A stretch of DNA of 64,000 nucleotides from a bacterium (GTDB taxonomy: Bacteria > Patescibacteriota > Microgenomatia > UBA1400 > UBA12108), in NCBI GenBank assembly GCA_021788365.1, contig JAJYKS010000003.1:73810-137809 (forward strand). The letters are read 5' to 3'. This document shows positions 38,421 through 47,707 of the stretch, piece by piece. The notes under the pieces are model-generated. The model had not been told where the DNA came from. It did no database searches and saw only the letters and a list, made by a program, of their open reading frames with translations. How positions within the stretch are numbered: position 1 is the first letter of the stretch; each line of letters opens with the position of its first letter. The translations under genes and the position numbers were made by a program.

Positions 38421-39995
38421 AATTGGATTGGCTGGTCGCAAAGATGGGTTTTTGATCAATAGTTCCGTGTATTTTTGAGGTTCGAGCCGCTTCTTGTACT
38501 TTTCTTCCCATTTTTCGGGATTTTGTATAGCCAGAAAATGGTTTAACAGGTGTATCCGTATATTCTTATTGAAGTAGGTGAGGTTCGAACTGAGATCGAG
38601 TAGCAGCTTATGCTTTTCTTCTCTGGTTCCCGTCTTGAATTTGTGCTCTGCAGCGTAGGCTAGGTCAAGTGCATTTTCTATTCGCCTGCGATTATCGTCG
38701 AGATCCTGACTTGTGTTGGTTAGCTGCTGCTCCAGGGTATGTTTTTCACTCTCTAGCTTGCGTTTCTTCTCGTTGTATACAGCTTCGTCGATGTTATTTT
38801 CAAGACGCATATCCAAAAGGGTATTTAATTTGTTCTCTACGATTTGGAGAGCGCTTTGGCGTGAAGCCATGACGTTTTCTTGGAACAGGTGCTCGTCTTT
38901 ATGAGCGTATCTAAGCCATTTTTTGGCCCATTCGACAAACTCTTGGGGTGGGCGAATGGAAAGTAATACTTCTTTGATTTGGTCATTGAGCTCAGATTCC
39001 GTTATCGGTTTTTGATTACAGCGAGGGAACCGTCTTTTCTTCGAGCAATGATAGTAAGTGTATATGGCGGTACGATTGGTTTTTTTGTAATGCTTGGGTT
39101 TACGGCTAGCGGTAATAGAGCACCCACATTCTTCACAACGCATGAGTCCGGTTAAGTTAAACAAATGTGATCTCCTAATCGGCTTGCCGAGTTTGCCGAG
39201 CATGCGTTGAATGATGTCGAATTCGACTCTGGTAATCATTGCTTCATGTTTACCTTGAATCCAATGTCCTGATTGCGCTGGCCACTCGTATTCTCCGTAG
39301 TAGAAGGGGTTATTGAGTATATTGTAAAAAGTAGAGCCGGAGAGTTTACCTCCTTGTTGTCCGGTGAGTTTCCATTCGTTGCGTGCCATTAGCCATACGT
39401 CGCAAGCTTGTGAACCTGCGAGAATTTCGTGGAAGCATCGTTTTACGAGCGCGAACTTGAGCGGGTCATTTTTTATGGTTTTATATCCTTTGGCAAGTTC
39501 GGGTGTGTTGATGTAGCCTAATGGAGCTACGGTAGGGTACCAGCCCATTTCGGCTTTTTGTTTCATGCCTCTTACAACATCAACTCCTTTTTTATCGTTC
39601 TCATACTTGGCTTGGATCATACAGAATGCCAGCCACATTTTGTCATTGGGGTTGTTGAGGAAAGTTTGGGAGGGGGTGATAATGCGGATCAGCAGTTTTC
39701 TATCCATGAGGTCGATAATTCGAGCGGAGTCTACCGGGTTACGGGAGAGACGATCAGCGTGCCATACCATTATGGTGTCGACCTCCCCGTTTTCTATTAG
39801 CTCCATGAGCCTGTTAAACTGCTCTCGTCGCCCGGAGATTTTGGCGGATTTAGATTCGTAGAGCTCAATTCTTTCTTTGGGGAGATCAGGTGTTCTTTCG
39901 GCTAGTTTGTTCATTTCTTCCATTTGTGCCGGAATGGAAAGCATTTGCCGATCTTCTGTTTCACTGGATTTACGTGCGTAAATTGCATATTTCAT
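38379..39995 (-). CDS. Large serine recombinase (integrase)
   Basis: YARKSS catalytic Ser, DRLSRN, recombinase domain, CEECG..YYHC Zn ribbon, coiled coil; 3' end lies in the tRNA. Confidence 0.93.
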   Translation of the reverse strand: MKYAIYARKSSETEDRQMLSIPAQMEEMNKLAERTPDLPKERIELYESKSAKISGRREQFNRLMELIENGEVDTIMVWHADRLSRNPVDSARIIDLMDRKLLIRIITPSQTFLNNPNDKMWLAFCMIQAKYENDKKGVDVVRGMKQKAEMGWYPTVAPLGYINTPELAKGYKTIKNDPLKFALVKRCFHEILAGSQACDVWLMARNEWKLTGQQGGKLSGSTFYNILNNPFYYGEYEWPAQSGHWIQGKHEAMITRVEFDIIQRMLGKLGKPIRRSHLFNLTGLMRCEECGCSITASRKPKHYKKTNRTAIYTYYHCSKKRRFPRCNQKPITESELNDQIKEVLLSIRPPQEFVEWAKKWLRYAHKDEHLFQENVMASRQSALQIVENKLNTLLDMRLENNIDEAVYNEKKRKLESEKHTLEQQLTNTSQDLDDNRRRIENALDLAYAAEHKFKTGTREEKHKLLLDLSSNLTYFNKNIRIHLLNHFLAIQNPEKWEEKYKKRLEPQKYTELLIKNPSLRPANPIWLPRQGSNLRHPR

Positions 39996-40099
39996 GTTTT
40001 CCTTTCAAGGTAAATAAAAGCATTTAATGAGTTATATAGCTACCATAAAGGGAAGTAGGAGTTACTTTATAGTTACTTTTCCTATAGTTACTATAGTTA

Positions 40100-40432
40100 C
40101 TATATTGGTATTTCCTCCGGATTAACTGACATGAGTGGCTCGTAGGGGAGGTCTAGCCTGCGAAACTCGTCATAGATTTTTTCTTCAATAGCTTGCCACA
40201 GTTCCTTATCTTCGAAATAAACAACTTTCATCCAATATGGACCTGTGGGAATAGACGGTGGTTCTATCTGGATTTTCTCTTGAAAACGAGGATGTGTGAA
40301 TTGAGACTTCTGTATCCGTATTCCGTGTATCCTTAATCCTCCGATAAGGATGTCGGCACGTGCTATTACGCTAGTTTTTTTGGTTACCGGTCTGACCGAT
40401 ATGTCTTGCAGGTCGTAAATGTTGAGTGTCAT
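40100..40432 (-). CDS. SpoVG-like nucleic-acid-binding protein
   Basis: ARADILIGGLRIHGIRIQ...PPS beta-rich pattern with acidic IPI tail. Confidence 0.55.
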   Translation of the reverse strand: MTLNIYDLQDISVRPVTKKTSVIARADILIGGLRIHGIRIQKSQFTHPRFQEKIQIEPPSIPTGPYWMKVVYFEDKELWQAIEEKIYDEFRRLDLPYEPLMSVNPEEIPI

Positions 40433-40453
40433 CTTTCATCTCCTTTCGTACTT

Positions 40454-40681
40454 TTAATCTTTTTCCATGAACGCGTGCAGTGCATGAGTAAGCTGTTCGG
40501 TTGTTTTGTACACACCCTCGTTTGTAAGACCGTGTTGGTAGGCAACACGCAGCTTAAATATGATTTCTGAGCTTTTTGCCGTCTGGATGAAATGGTAAAT
40601 GCGTTTGATTTTGCGGGATCTGATAGATTGGATCGTGCCGGTAGGATCAATGGCTTGAATGGCGATTTGAGGAGGTTTCAT
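40454..40681 (-). CDS. Small hypothetical protein
   Basis: 75 aa; translationally coupled to upstream ORF. Confidence 0.55.
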   Translation of the reverse strand: MKPPQIAIQAIDPTGTIQSIRSRKIKRIYHFIQTAKSSEIIFKLRVAYQHGLTNEGVYKTTEQLTHALHAFMEKD

Positions 40682-40827
40682 TGTTTCAACTCCGATGGTT
40701 TGGTGACTAGCTCTACAAAGTTGAATAACTTGTTTGCGTATTCGGAAGCTTCCTCAAAGGACAATATAACCCCGTATAGTTTTTTGTAGATGTCCTGGTA
40801 TTCGATCACAGCTTCTCTAGGTAGCAT
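40678..40827 (-). CDS. 49-aa hypothetical protein (not in ORF track)
   Basis: MLPREAVIEYQDIYKKLYGVILSFEEA...; stop overlaps next ATG. Confidence 0.55.
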   Translation of the reverse strand: MLPREAVIEYQDIYKKLYGVILSFEEASEYANKLFNFVELVTKPSELKQ

Positions 40828-40828
40828 G

Positions 40829-41074
40829 TCATAATCCTTGGTGAAGCCTCGTTTTTAATTCGTTTATGGCGTCAATGACTGCTTTGGTGGGAAGTACAAG
40901 TTTGCCATTCCAATGCTGCTCTATAAGGTTGTTGGCTTGTAAAGGAGAGATGTCGAAGTGGAACAGGTATGTTTTGCTGTCTATTGGTTCCAGGTGGGTA
41001 AGTGTGGCGCCGGCTGCACGAAGACATGCGCTTAGGTAGAAATCGCGTGATTGAAAAGTTATTCCATTGTTCAT
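40829..41074 (-). CDS. Small protein, DUF5659-like
   Basis: SRDFYLSACL...YLFHF pattern typical of small phage/element proteins. Confidence 0.6.
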   Translation of the reverse strand: MNNGITFQSRDFYLSACLRAAGATLTHLEPIDSKTYLFHFDISPLQANNLIEQHWNGKLVLPTKAVIDAINELKTRLHQGL

Positions 41075-41149
41075 TATGCTCTCGACTTTATGTCAAAAGC
41101 ATAGGACTAAATACCACAGTAAAAGTTTAGAAAAAGTGTTGGAAACTGT

Positions 41150-41887
41150 CTATTTTAGGAGTTTTTCGATGGGCTCGTTTGACATAACGTAGGTTAGTAG
41201 GTCTTTGTGAGTGAAGAGGCTTGAAAGATAGTCATTTAGCCTTGTTACGCGGGTGTCCATGTCTTTATATGTCATTTCTTGGAACATGATGTCTTCTGGA
41301 TCAAATTTGCTTCTAATCCTCTCCAAGAGCTTAATGTTTTTCCTTGCTTTGCCGGATTTTGAGTATGTTGTGACTAGATTGTAGATTTGGCGAATAGACA
41401 AATCCACCGAAAGTGTTTTCTTGTTGATTTGGATTTTGTTGACGGGAAGAGTATCGAGTTGATCTTTTAAAGCCTTGTTTTTTCTGATCAATTCTGCCAG
41501 TTCTGTTCGTGACATTTGTTCGTTTACCGTAATGGTCACTTTTCCGTTTCCTTTCGTACTTGAGATTGGAGGTATGCATACCCGATGTTTCACGAGCGGC
41601 AGTCCTATGAGTAGAGCAGTGATTGTTGTTGTCCAATTCCACGCGAGATTTAGTCGGCTGGTTAGTAAGATGGCGATATTGATAAGTCGCTTGTGGTCGA
41701 TATTGCGAAATGCGTCGGAATCAGTTGCTATTCCATCCACGGGTATGCCGCATGCTTTTCTGGTTTTGGATATAACTATTTGGAAAGTTGGGATTTCCAT
41801 GAGTAGAAAAAAATACTTTTTTTCGCCCGGTGTGAATTCAATCTCATTGGGATCTGTTGGTTTAGCAAACTTGATATTCATTTTCAT
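41150..41887 (-). CDS. Hypothetical basic protein
   Basis: ATG start chosen at MKMNIKF; the upstream ORF extension overlaps the structured RNA candidate. Confidence 0.6.
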   Translation of the reverse strand: MKMNIKFAKPTDPNEIEFTPGEKKYFFLLMEIPTFQIVISKTRKACGIPVDGIATDSDAFRNIDHKRLINIAILLTSRLNLAWNWTTTITALLIGLPLVKHRVCIPPISSTKGNGKVTITVNEQMSRTELAELIRKNKALKDQLDTLPVNKIQINKKTLSVDLSIRQIYNLVTTYSKSGKARKNIKLLERIRSKFDPEDIMFQEMTYKDMDTRVTRLNDYLSSLFTHKDLLTYVMSNEPIEKLLK

Positions 41888-41940
41888 GTACGTACATTTT
41901 ACTCTGGTTGAAGACCCATAGGCTATGCTACAATCGTTTT

Positions 41941-42090
41941 GTTCGCCTAAACCTCGAGTAATCGAGGCATGGTGAGAAATACCGCTACAGAACGAGGGAG
42001 CTCCTCGTTTAGGTGCTGTAGCGGTCGCATCTCGAAAGGGGTGTGGGTGGCGCAAGCCACTGCCTAGCGGGGAGCTTTTTGTAGCTCCTA
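41941..42090 (+). ncRNA. Candidate structured non-coding RNA
   Basis: Extended -10 TGcTACAAT, then five stems, two capped by GAAA and GCAA tetraloops. Confidence 0.55.
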
Positions 42091-42108
42091 GCCTAGGGTT
42101 AGGAGATC

Positions 42109-42891
42109 ATGCTACTAGACCGTAAGAAGATAGGACATTATTTCGCAGAAGCAGTAAAGATACTGGTGGCTTCTGTCATTGTTATCTATTTGGTCTTTAC
42201 AGCCCTCCATTCCAGTGACAAAGTTGCTGATGTCCCATCACCAGCCCCAGCTAGTAATACATGTATCCGACAATCCCCATACCCATTAAAGCCGGAGTTT
42301 GACCGTGTGCTGAGCCTACTGCTGCAGCGATATCAACAAGCTAACTCTCCCCAATATGCCACTTTCTCTATAATGCGAAATTGTCTTGACGTGCAGTTTG
42401 CTGACCTTGGTAATCAAGGAGCCGAGGGAGTATTCTATTTTGATCAAAAACTGTCTAATCCTCAACGTCTATTGATTGAGGTTGATTCCAAATACTCGTC
42501 CACCGATGATCTTACGACGGCTTTTCTATTGTCACACGAGATGGCTCATGCCAGGCAATATGTCGAAAGTACAAGTAGTAATAAGCAGTGGGGCTGTGTT
42601 GATGCTGAGGTGGATGCGTTCTATTCCCAACTTCTGTTTGGTGCCATGCTTAACAAAGAGGAAAGTAGTTCAATTGTTTCGAGGCTAGAGCGAGGATCCA
42701 ACAACAGCCAACTGAAAGAATATGAGCATCTATTGGACGTCAGCTACACGGCGATCGGTGAGTGTCGAAGTGGCAATAGCGCTCAAGGCAAGGTTGATAC
42801 AGTTTGTTACAAAGACAAATTGTACAAAGCAATGCGTGCCGAAATTGTCTCAAATCCGTTTTACCAAGAAGAATGCAAAGGGGACCTGTGA
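42109..42891 (+). CDS. Membrane-anchored HEXXH metallopeptidase-like protein
   Basis: N-terminal TM; SHEMAHARQ with downstream EVDA; paired Cys. Confidence 0.7.
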   Translation: MLLDRKKIGHYFAEAVKILVASVIVIYLVFTALHSSDKVADVPSPAPASNTCIRQSPYPLKPEFDRVLSLLLQRYQQANSPQYATFSIMRNCLDVQFADLGNQGAEGVFYFDQKLSNPQRLLIEVDSKYSSTDDLTTAFLLSHEMAHARQYVESTSSNKQWGCVDAEVDAFYSQLLFGAMLNKEESSSIVSRLERGSNNSQLKEYEHLLDVSYTAIGECRSGNSAQGKVDTVCYKDKLYKAMRAEIVSNPFYQEECKGDL

Positions 42892-43067
42892 TCTACTACA
42901 TAATCTTCATACCCATGGTACTTGGGATCGCTTATTATCTTTGGTCGGCTAAATATCCGGAACTTGGAGAGAAACTCGAAGAGAGACTTGAACCAGTGGT
43001 ACAGTTCTGCGGATACTGTCTGGGGATCGGAATTATCCTTGTTCTTTTATGGGGAATGTTTTCGTAA
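42888..43067 (+). CDS. Small two-TM protein
   Basis: GTG overlaps the preceding stop; two hydrophobic segments. Confidence 0.45.
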   Translation: MIYYIIFIPMVLGIAYYLWSAKYPELGEKLEERLEPVVQFCGYCLGIGIILVLLWGMFS

Positions 43068-43450
43068 GGAGATTGGCATCAGTCTTCATATACTAGGGAT
43101 ATAGGAGGCATGGTTTAGTGCATTTTGTTGCTCACGGGGCCACCTGAGGGTGTAACGCCTCGTAAGGATTTTTTGGTGCGGACATTGTCTTATCGACAAA
43201 ACATTGCCCCAAGAGCCTTTAAGCGGCCAAACACATAAATTTGCCTTTTATGTGTGTGTTTCCTCTGAAAACCTTTAGTATCCTTAAGTTTGTCCAGAAA
43301 ACATGGAATACTTTTGAATCGTTGATCTTGGCAGAACGTATATTTTTAGTTAGCGACTTGAGTAATAGTTGTAGTTATTTGTAGTTATATTTCTGGTTAC
43401 CTTGAGCATCCTTGAGTTATTTAGTCTATGATACCCTCAATAGTTGATGG

Positions 43451-45244
43451 TTAAAGTTGATTTTTATCTCTAAGTCTCCGATATAGTTCTGCAACCCATG
43501 GCGAATAGTGTTTTGTCTGAAATACTAAATGTAGCTCATATTTTGCCCTGGTTACCCCCACATAAAACAATCTTCTCGCTTCATACATGTCTTCGGAATT
43601 ATCCGGTTCGTATTGATTCGGGAAATGGCCTTGGTTCATATTGAACAGAATCACAATATCAAATTCTCTGCCTTTTGAACTGTGAAGCGTACTTAGATTG
43701 AGTCTTCCCTCATTAGTCATGTGACCCGAAAATTGCAGTAGAGATAGGTCCGAGTTATTCATGGAGCCATCAGTCCTTTGTATCATCGTATCAATTGTTG
43801 ACCAATCATCGATTTTTGTTTTAGCTAATGCAAGCCATGGTGTAATTAACTCTTCTTTAAATTTTAATAGCCAATCATGAGTTGAGCCTGTTGAGTTTAT
43901 AGTCTTGTGTAGAAATCCCAAAAGGGTGGTTTCTATGTATCTTTGTTCTTCTCTAGAGATTGTATGTCCGTATACTAGTCTGATTGCCTCGGTGGTGAGA
44001 TGCTGGAATGATGGACTTGCGTTTTTCCATCCGCCCGTAATCCATGATGAGCATGCTTCAATGAACCGAGATAATCGATTGTTTCTTAGGATTAGTGCAT
44101 TTCTGTCTGCACGAATAACAGGAATATTCTGGGATGCTGCAATTGAGGATAGTAAGTCTCCATCTTTAGAGTCACGATAAAGTACGGCGATTTTTTCAAG
44201 CGGTACTCCATTTTCACTTAGCTTAGGTATTAACTCTTTGATTACATAATTTGCTTGTTCTGTGAGATTTCCATCAACTTTGTCAAAGGATATCAATCCT
44301 TTGCTCGTTCCTGAAGGAGCTTTGTGGTTTCGATCTTGACCAAGTGCAGAGTTGGACGCTTCAATAATGCTTGTTCCACATCTGTAATTAAAAGGAAGTT
44401 GTATAGTTTTAACTTGTGGGTAAGTGGTTAGGCTCTTTAATAGTTCAGGATTTGCGCCAGTAAACCGATAGATTGATTGATCTGGATCCCCGACCGCGAA
44501 AAGTCGAATATTCGATTTGAAGCAGAGTTGTAATACTAATTCATGTAGAGCGGTGCCAAGATCCTGATATTCGTCAATAAAGAGTACTGGGTATTTTGCA
44601 TGCATTGCCTCCCTTATCCACTCGTTTTCGATTACTAATCTAGCTGCTAACAATGGCATGTCTTCAAAATCAATTAGACCATTTTTGCGAAGATCATTTT
44701 CATACGAGTTGATAATCGCAATAATGCCCTTATCCTGATTATTCCAATTTTCGCTATTTCTATTGACTACTGTTCGCCTTATTAATTCAGCAGTTTTCCA
44801 TGTGTTGTTTTGTATTATCGGTTTTCCAGTAACGACTTGAAAAGAATTTAGCTTAGACTGTTTTGTTTGCTGAAGCGTAGCTATTTGAGGTTCTATTGGA
44901 AAATCCTTGTAAACACATCTTGCATAGGGCAATATGATCTGCGAATATGCAAAGCTATGTACTGTTCCAATAAAAATTCTATCACTTGGCTCTATTCCTA
45001 TTTTCAGTAGTTTTCCTTCTAACTCTAGTGCACACTCGTTGTTATATGTTACACAAGCAATTCCCCGCGGCTCTACAACATCGTCTAATAATGCGCGCGC
45101 AATTGCTGTTGTAAGCGTTCTTGTTTTTCCACTGCCTGGACCGGCTAAAACTACACAGTGTCCTTTTTCCTGAACTGCCTCAATTTGCTGAGGGTTGCCA
45201 TCCATTTCTTCGAGCGTTTGTTGAAAAAGACTACGACTGGACAT
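43451..45244 (-). CDS. gajB: UvrD-like helicase, Gabija GajB
   Basis: AGPGSGKT, IDEYQD, VGDPDQSIY, TLHSSKGREF, YVGVTRA; coupled to OLD nuclease gene. Confidence 0.85.
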   Translation of the reverse strand: MSSRSLFQQTLEEMDGNPQQIEAVQEKGHCVVLAGPGSGKTRTLTTAIARALLDDVVEPRGIACVTYNNECALELEGKLLKIGIEPSDRIFIGTVHSFAYSQIILPYARCVYKDFPIEPQIATLQQTKQSKLNSFQVVTGKPIIQNNTWKTAELIRRTVVNRNSENWNNQDKGIIAIINSYENDLRKNGLIDFEDMPLLAARLVIENEWIREAMHAKYPVLFIDEYQDLGTALHELVLQLCFKSNIRLFAVGDPDQSIYRFTGANPELLKSLTTYPQVKTIQLPFNYRCGTSIIEASNSALGQDRNHKAPSGTSKGLISFDKVDGNLTEQANYVIKELIPKLSENGVPLEKIAVLYRDSKDGDLLSSIAASQNIPVIRADRNALILRNNRLSRFIEACSSWITGGWKNASPSFQHLTTEAIRLVYGHTISREEQRYIETTLLGFLHKTINSTGSTHDWLLKFKEELITPWLALAKTKIDDWSTIDTMIQRTDGSMNNSDLSLLQFSGHMTNEGRLNLSTLHSSKGREFDIVILFNMNQGHFPNQYEPDNSEDMYEARRLFYVGVTRAKYELHLVFQTKHYSPWVAELYRRLRDKNQL

Positions 45245-47018
45245 TGTTTGAAATATACTCCAGAGCTACTTTTATGTATTCTGGCGGATTCAGGCCGATA
45301 CTTGCTTCGGAGAGTTTCCCAGCGAGCCTACCTTTTCCTATGTCAGAAATCATGGATAGTAACTGCTCTCCATTTATTGGACTCTCTCCATTTTTCCATG
45401 ATTCAATTCTTTGCTGTCTGACTGATCCAAAATTCTGTGCTTGAATGACCTCGAGAAGGGCGGTTCCTAATTCAGGAGTTTCTGCGACTTCGATTTCTAA
45501 AGTTGAGTTATTGCAAAATATACCATTTTCCATCCCTAAGCTTTTTAGTTTCTCTTCATCATTTGATAATTCTTGTTTTTCTGTTTCTGACATTTGCTCT
45601 TCATTTTTGAGTTCATTATTTAACTGGATTAACGAGAGTAGCCTATTAATACCTAGTGGTTGTTTGCCAGTAAGAGGATCCCAGTCTGTGATGATGCAAA
45701 AAGGAAGAGATAGCGATCTGGCGAGACGAACATAAGGGTCAAAGTTGACCCCGCCAACATTACATACGCTAATACCTAGGTCATCGAGATTTATGTTTAG
45801 GGTTTTGGAGAAAACAGGCATAAGAGCTTCTTCAGCGTCTCCTTCAACAAAAATAACACCTTTGGCAAACAAAATCTCTGCTCGAGTAGTATCCAAGTAT
45901 CTTTGTAAATCTTCCATCAACTCTGGCTGTAGAGCTAAACTTGCCAAGGAATGTCCTACGGTACCAAGCCCGTTTTCTTGTTTTAACACTACGATGGAGT
46001 TGAGTTGAGCAACACTCGCAATATTGGGTGAATGGGTGGTCATCAACAGACATAACGGTTCGTCTTTACTACTTTCAAAGAGCTTCTTAAAAACAGTTCG
46101 CTGAAGGTGTGGATGCAGATGTGCTTCTGGTTCCTCTATACACATTATCGTAAAATTTTGATCATTTTTTGTTCTAAGCCATTCGTATTCTGCTAACTTA
46201 AGGGTAAGGAGAACAAGATTTGCCGAGCCGAGGCTGGCATCGGATATTCCTCGTTTTCCATTGTCAATTAGCATGCGTACTGATCTGAATAATCGTTGCG
46301 GATTTGTTGGTGCAATGCCAAATTTAGCGTTTACATCGTTCATGGGGCCAGTAAGCGTCGAAATTTTGGAAGTGAGAGATGATTCCAAATCTTTAATGGA
46401 AGTGATGTTCGTTACTTGGGCAGTTGCATCTTCAACATTTTTTGCTACTTCTATAATTGTTTCTTTGGGAACTTTGCTAATGGCATCATCTAATAGTGGT
46501 CGAAGTGGAGAAGTTTGCCAGTTTCCGAGTTCTGTTTCAGCATCTCTGAGTGCATGTAAAATTTCAATGCATATTTTGTTTCTAACACTATTGGAAATAC
46601 CACCTCTGGATTCGTCACCCGCACCATAAACTTTAAATTCATAATCTGTTTCGGACTGCGCTTCCCCTGATACTTCTGGTTTTTTCCGATATACATAGCT
46701 TAATCTAGAAATTGTGTGGTCTTCAGCAAGTCTGTAGTCGGTTAGGAGGGCTAGTATTGCTTCATCACTATCAAAATCTGAAAAATCGAGATGTATTTCC
46801 ACTGTTGGGTTAGGATCGGTACATTCATCCCAAATATCCGTTTGCTTAAGTTGTCTAGCTGAGTCAGGTAGTGAAGCGTCTAAAACTAGCCTTAGCGCAA
46901 ATAGAAAATTGCTTTTACCGACTCTATTTTCGCCAACTATTACGGTATTTCCGCTTAGAGGAATGTCAAGCGATTTGAAGTTTCTAAAGTTTTTTATTTG
47001 AACTCTGGATAGTCTCAT
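45231..47018 (-). CDS. gajA: OLD-family ABC-ATPase/TOPRIM nuclease, Gabija GajA
   Basis: NFRN, GENRVGKS, IEEPEAHLHP, TTHSP, FVEGDAE, ITDWD, TLE. Confidence 0.87.
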   Translation of the reverse strand: MRLSRVQIKNFRNFKSLDIPLSGNTVIVGENRVGKSNFLFALRLVLDASLPDSARQLKQTDIWDECTDPNPTVEIHLDFSDFDSDEAILALLTDYRLAEDHTISRLSYVYRKKPEVSGEAQSETDYEFKVYGAGDESRGGISNSVRNKICIEILHALRDAETELGNWQTSPLRPLLDDAISKVPKETIIEVAKNVEDATAQVTNITSIKDLESSLTSKISTLTGPMNDVNAKFGIAPTNPQRLFRSVRMLIDNGKRGISDASLGSANLVLLTLKLAEYEWLRTKNDQNFTIMCIEEPEAHLHPHLQRTVFKKLFESSKDEPLCLLMTTHSPNIASVAQLNSIVVLKQENGLGTVGHSLASLALQPELMEDLQRYLDTTRAEILFAKGVIFVEGDAEEALMPVFSKTLNINLDDLGISVCNVGGVNFDPYVRLARSLSLPFCIITDWDPLTGKQPLGINRLLSLIQLNNELKNEEQMSETEKQELSNDEEKLKSLGMENGIFCNNSTLEIEVAETPELGTALLEVIQAQNFGSVRQQRIESWKNGESPINGEQLLSMISDIGKGRLAGKLSEASIGLNPPEYIKVALEYISNNVQS

Positions 47019-47078
47019 AGTTGTATTTTACTCTTCTGGAGATAGACTTACATAAATTGGTCATAATTAGGCTAAAAT

Positions 47079-47558
47079 ATGGTTATGGATTCACAGACGG
47101 TAATAAGCTATGTGCTTGGGGCTATTTCTGGCTTGGCACTGGCTGTTCTCAAAACCGTTCCAAAGATTGTCGAGGATATTTGGACTGATCATCGCGAGGC
47201 TCGAAAAGCGATAAAACTAGATAAAAACAATCTTGTTAGCCAGTTGCTATACGACCTGCCAAAAGGAAAGGCTCAAGATTTTTACTATACTACCGTTAAG
47301 AAAAGTGATGGGGAACACATCGTTGCTCGAATGTCGAAGTATGACAAGAAAATGGCACAACAGATTGACGCGTACCTTGATCTCTGGAGGCACTATGCCA
47401 CCTCAAAACGTTTAATTGACGATAACCATGAAATTGTCCTGATGGATGAGTACGATGAACCGGTTTCTAAAGGGCCGTTATACGTTGAAGGGTTGCTAGA
47501 CAGACTTTGCAAGGAGTATGGTTCGATAATTGACCTCTTGAACAAATGGAAGGTTTAA
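47079..47558 (+). CDS. Hypothetical protein with N-terminal TM
   Basis: 159 aa; divergent from gajA. Confidence 0.6.
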   Translation: MVMDSQTVISYVLGAISGLALAVLKTVPKIVEDIWTDHREARKAIKLDKNNLVSQLLYDLPKGKAQDFYYTTVKKSDGEHIVARMSKYDKKMAQQIDAYLDLWRHYATSKRLIDDNHEIVLMDEYDEPVSKGPLYVEGLLDRLCKEYGSIIDLLNKWKV

Positions 47559-47617
47559 GGGGCCTCTGTAATTCATAGTCGTAAGGATGGGGTAGAGTAG
47601 AGGAGAACGGCGTCCGA

Positions 47618-47642
47618 AATTGACTCTAGTACGGGGAGCAAG
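47618..47642 (+). repeat. att-like 25-bp direct repeat, copy 1
   Basis: AATTGACTCTAGTACGGGGAGCAAG. Confidence 0.85.
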
Positions 47643-47707
47643 CATTTTTACCTCTGGAAGTTGAAATGACCCGCATTGGAATAGAGAACTTCTGATAACA
47701 TGTATTC

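Larger units (their letters stand above)
38412..47639. mobile_element. Integrative element (~9.2 kb) inserted in tRNA-Asn
   Basis: Integrase at left edge, visibly AT-richer cargo, GGGGAGC core at the tRNA 3' end and again at 47633-47639. Confidence 0.7.

Noticed and set aside
41888-42055. N-terminal extension of the 301-aa ORF
   Set aside because: The translation is not protein-like and overlaps the structured hairpin region; ATG 41887 is preferred.
38412-47639. Prophage
   Set aside because: No terminase, capsid, tail or lysis genes.
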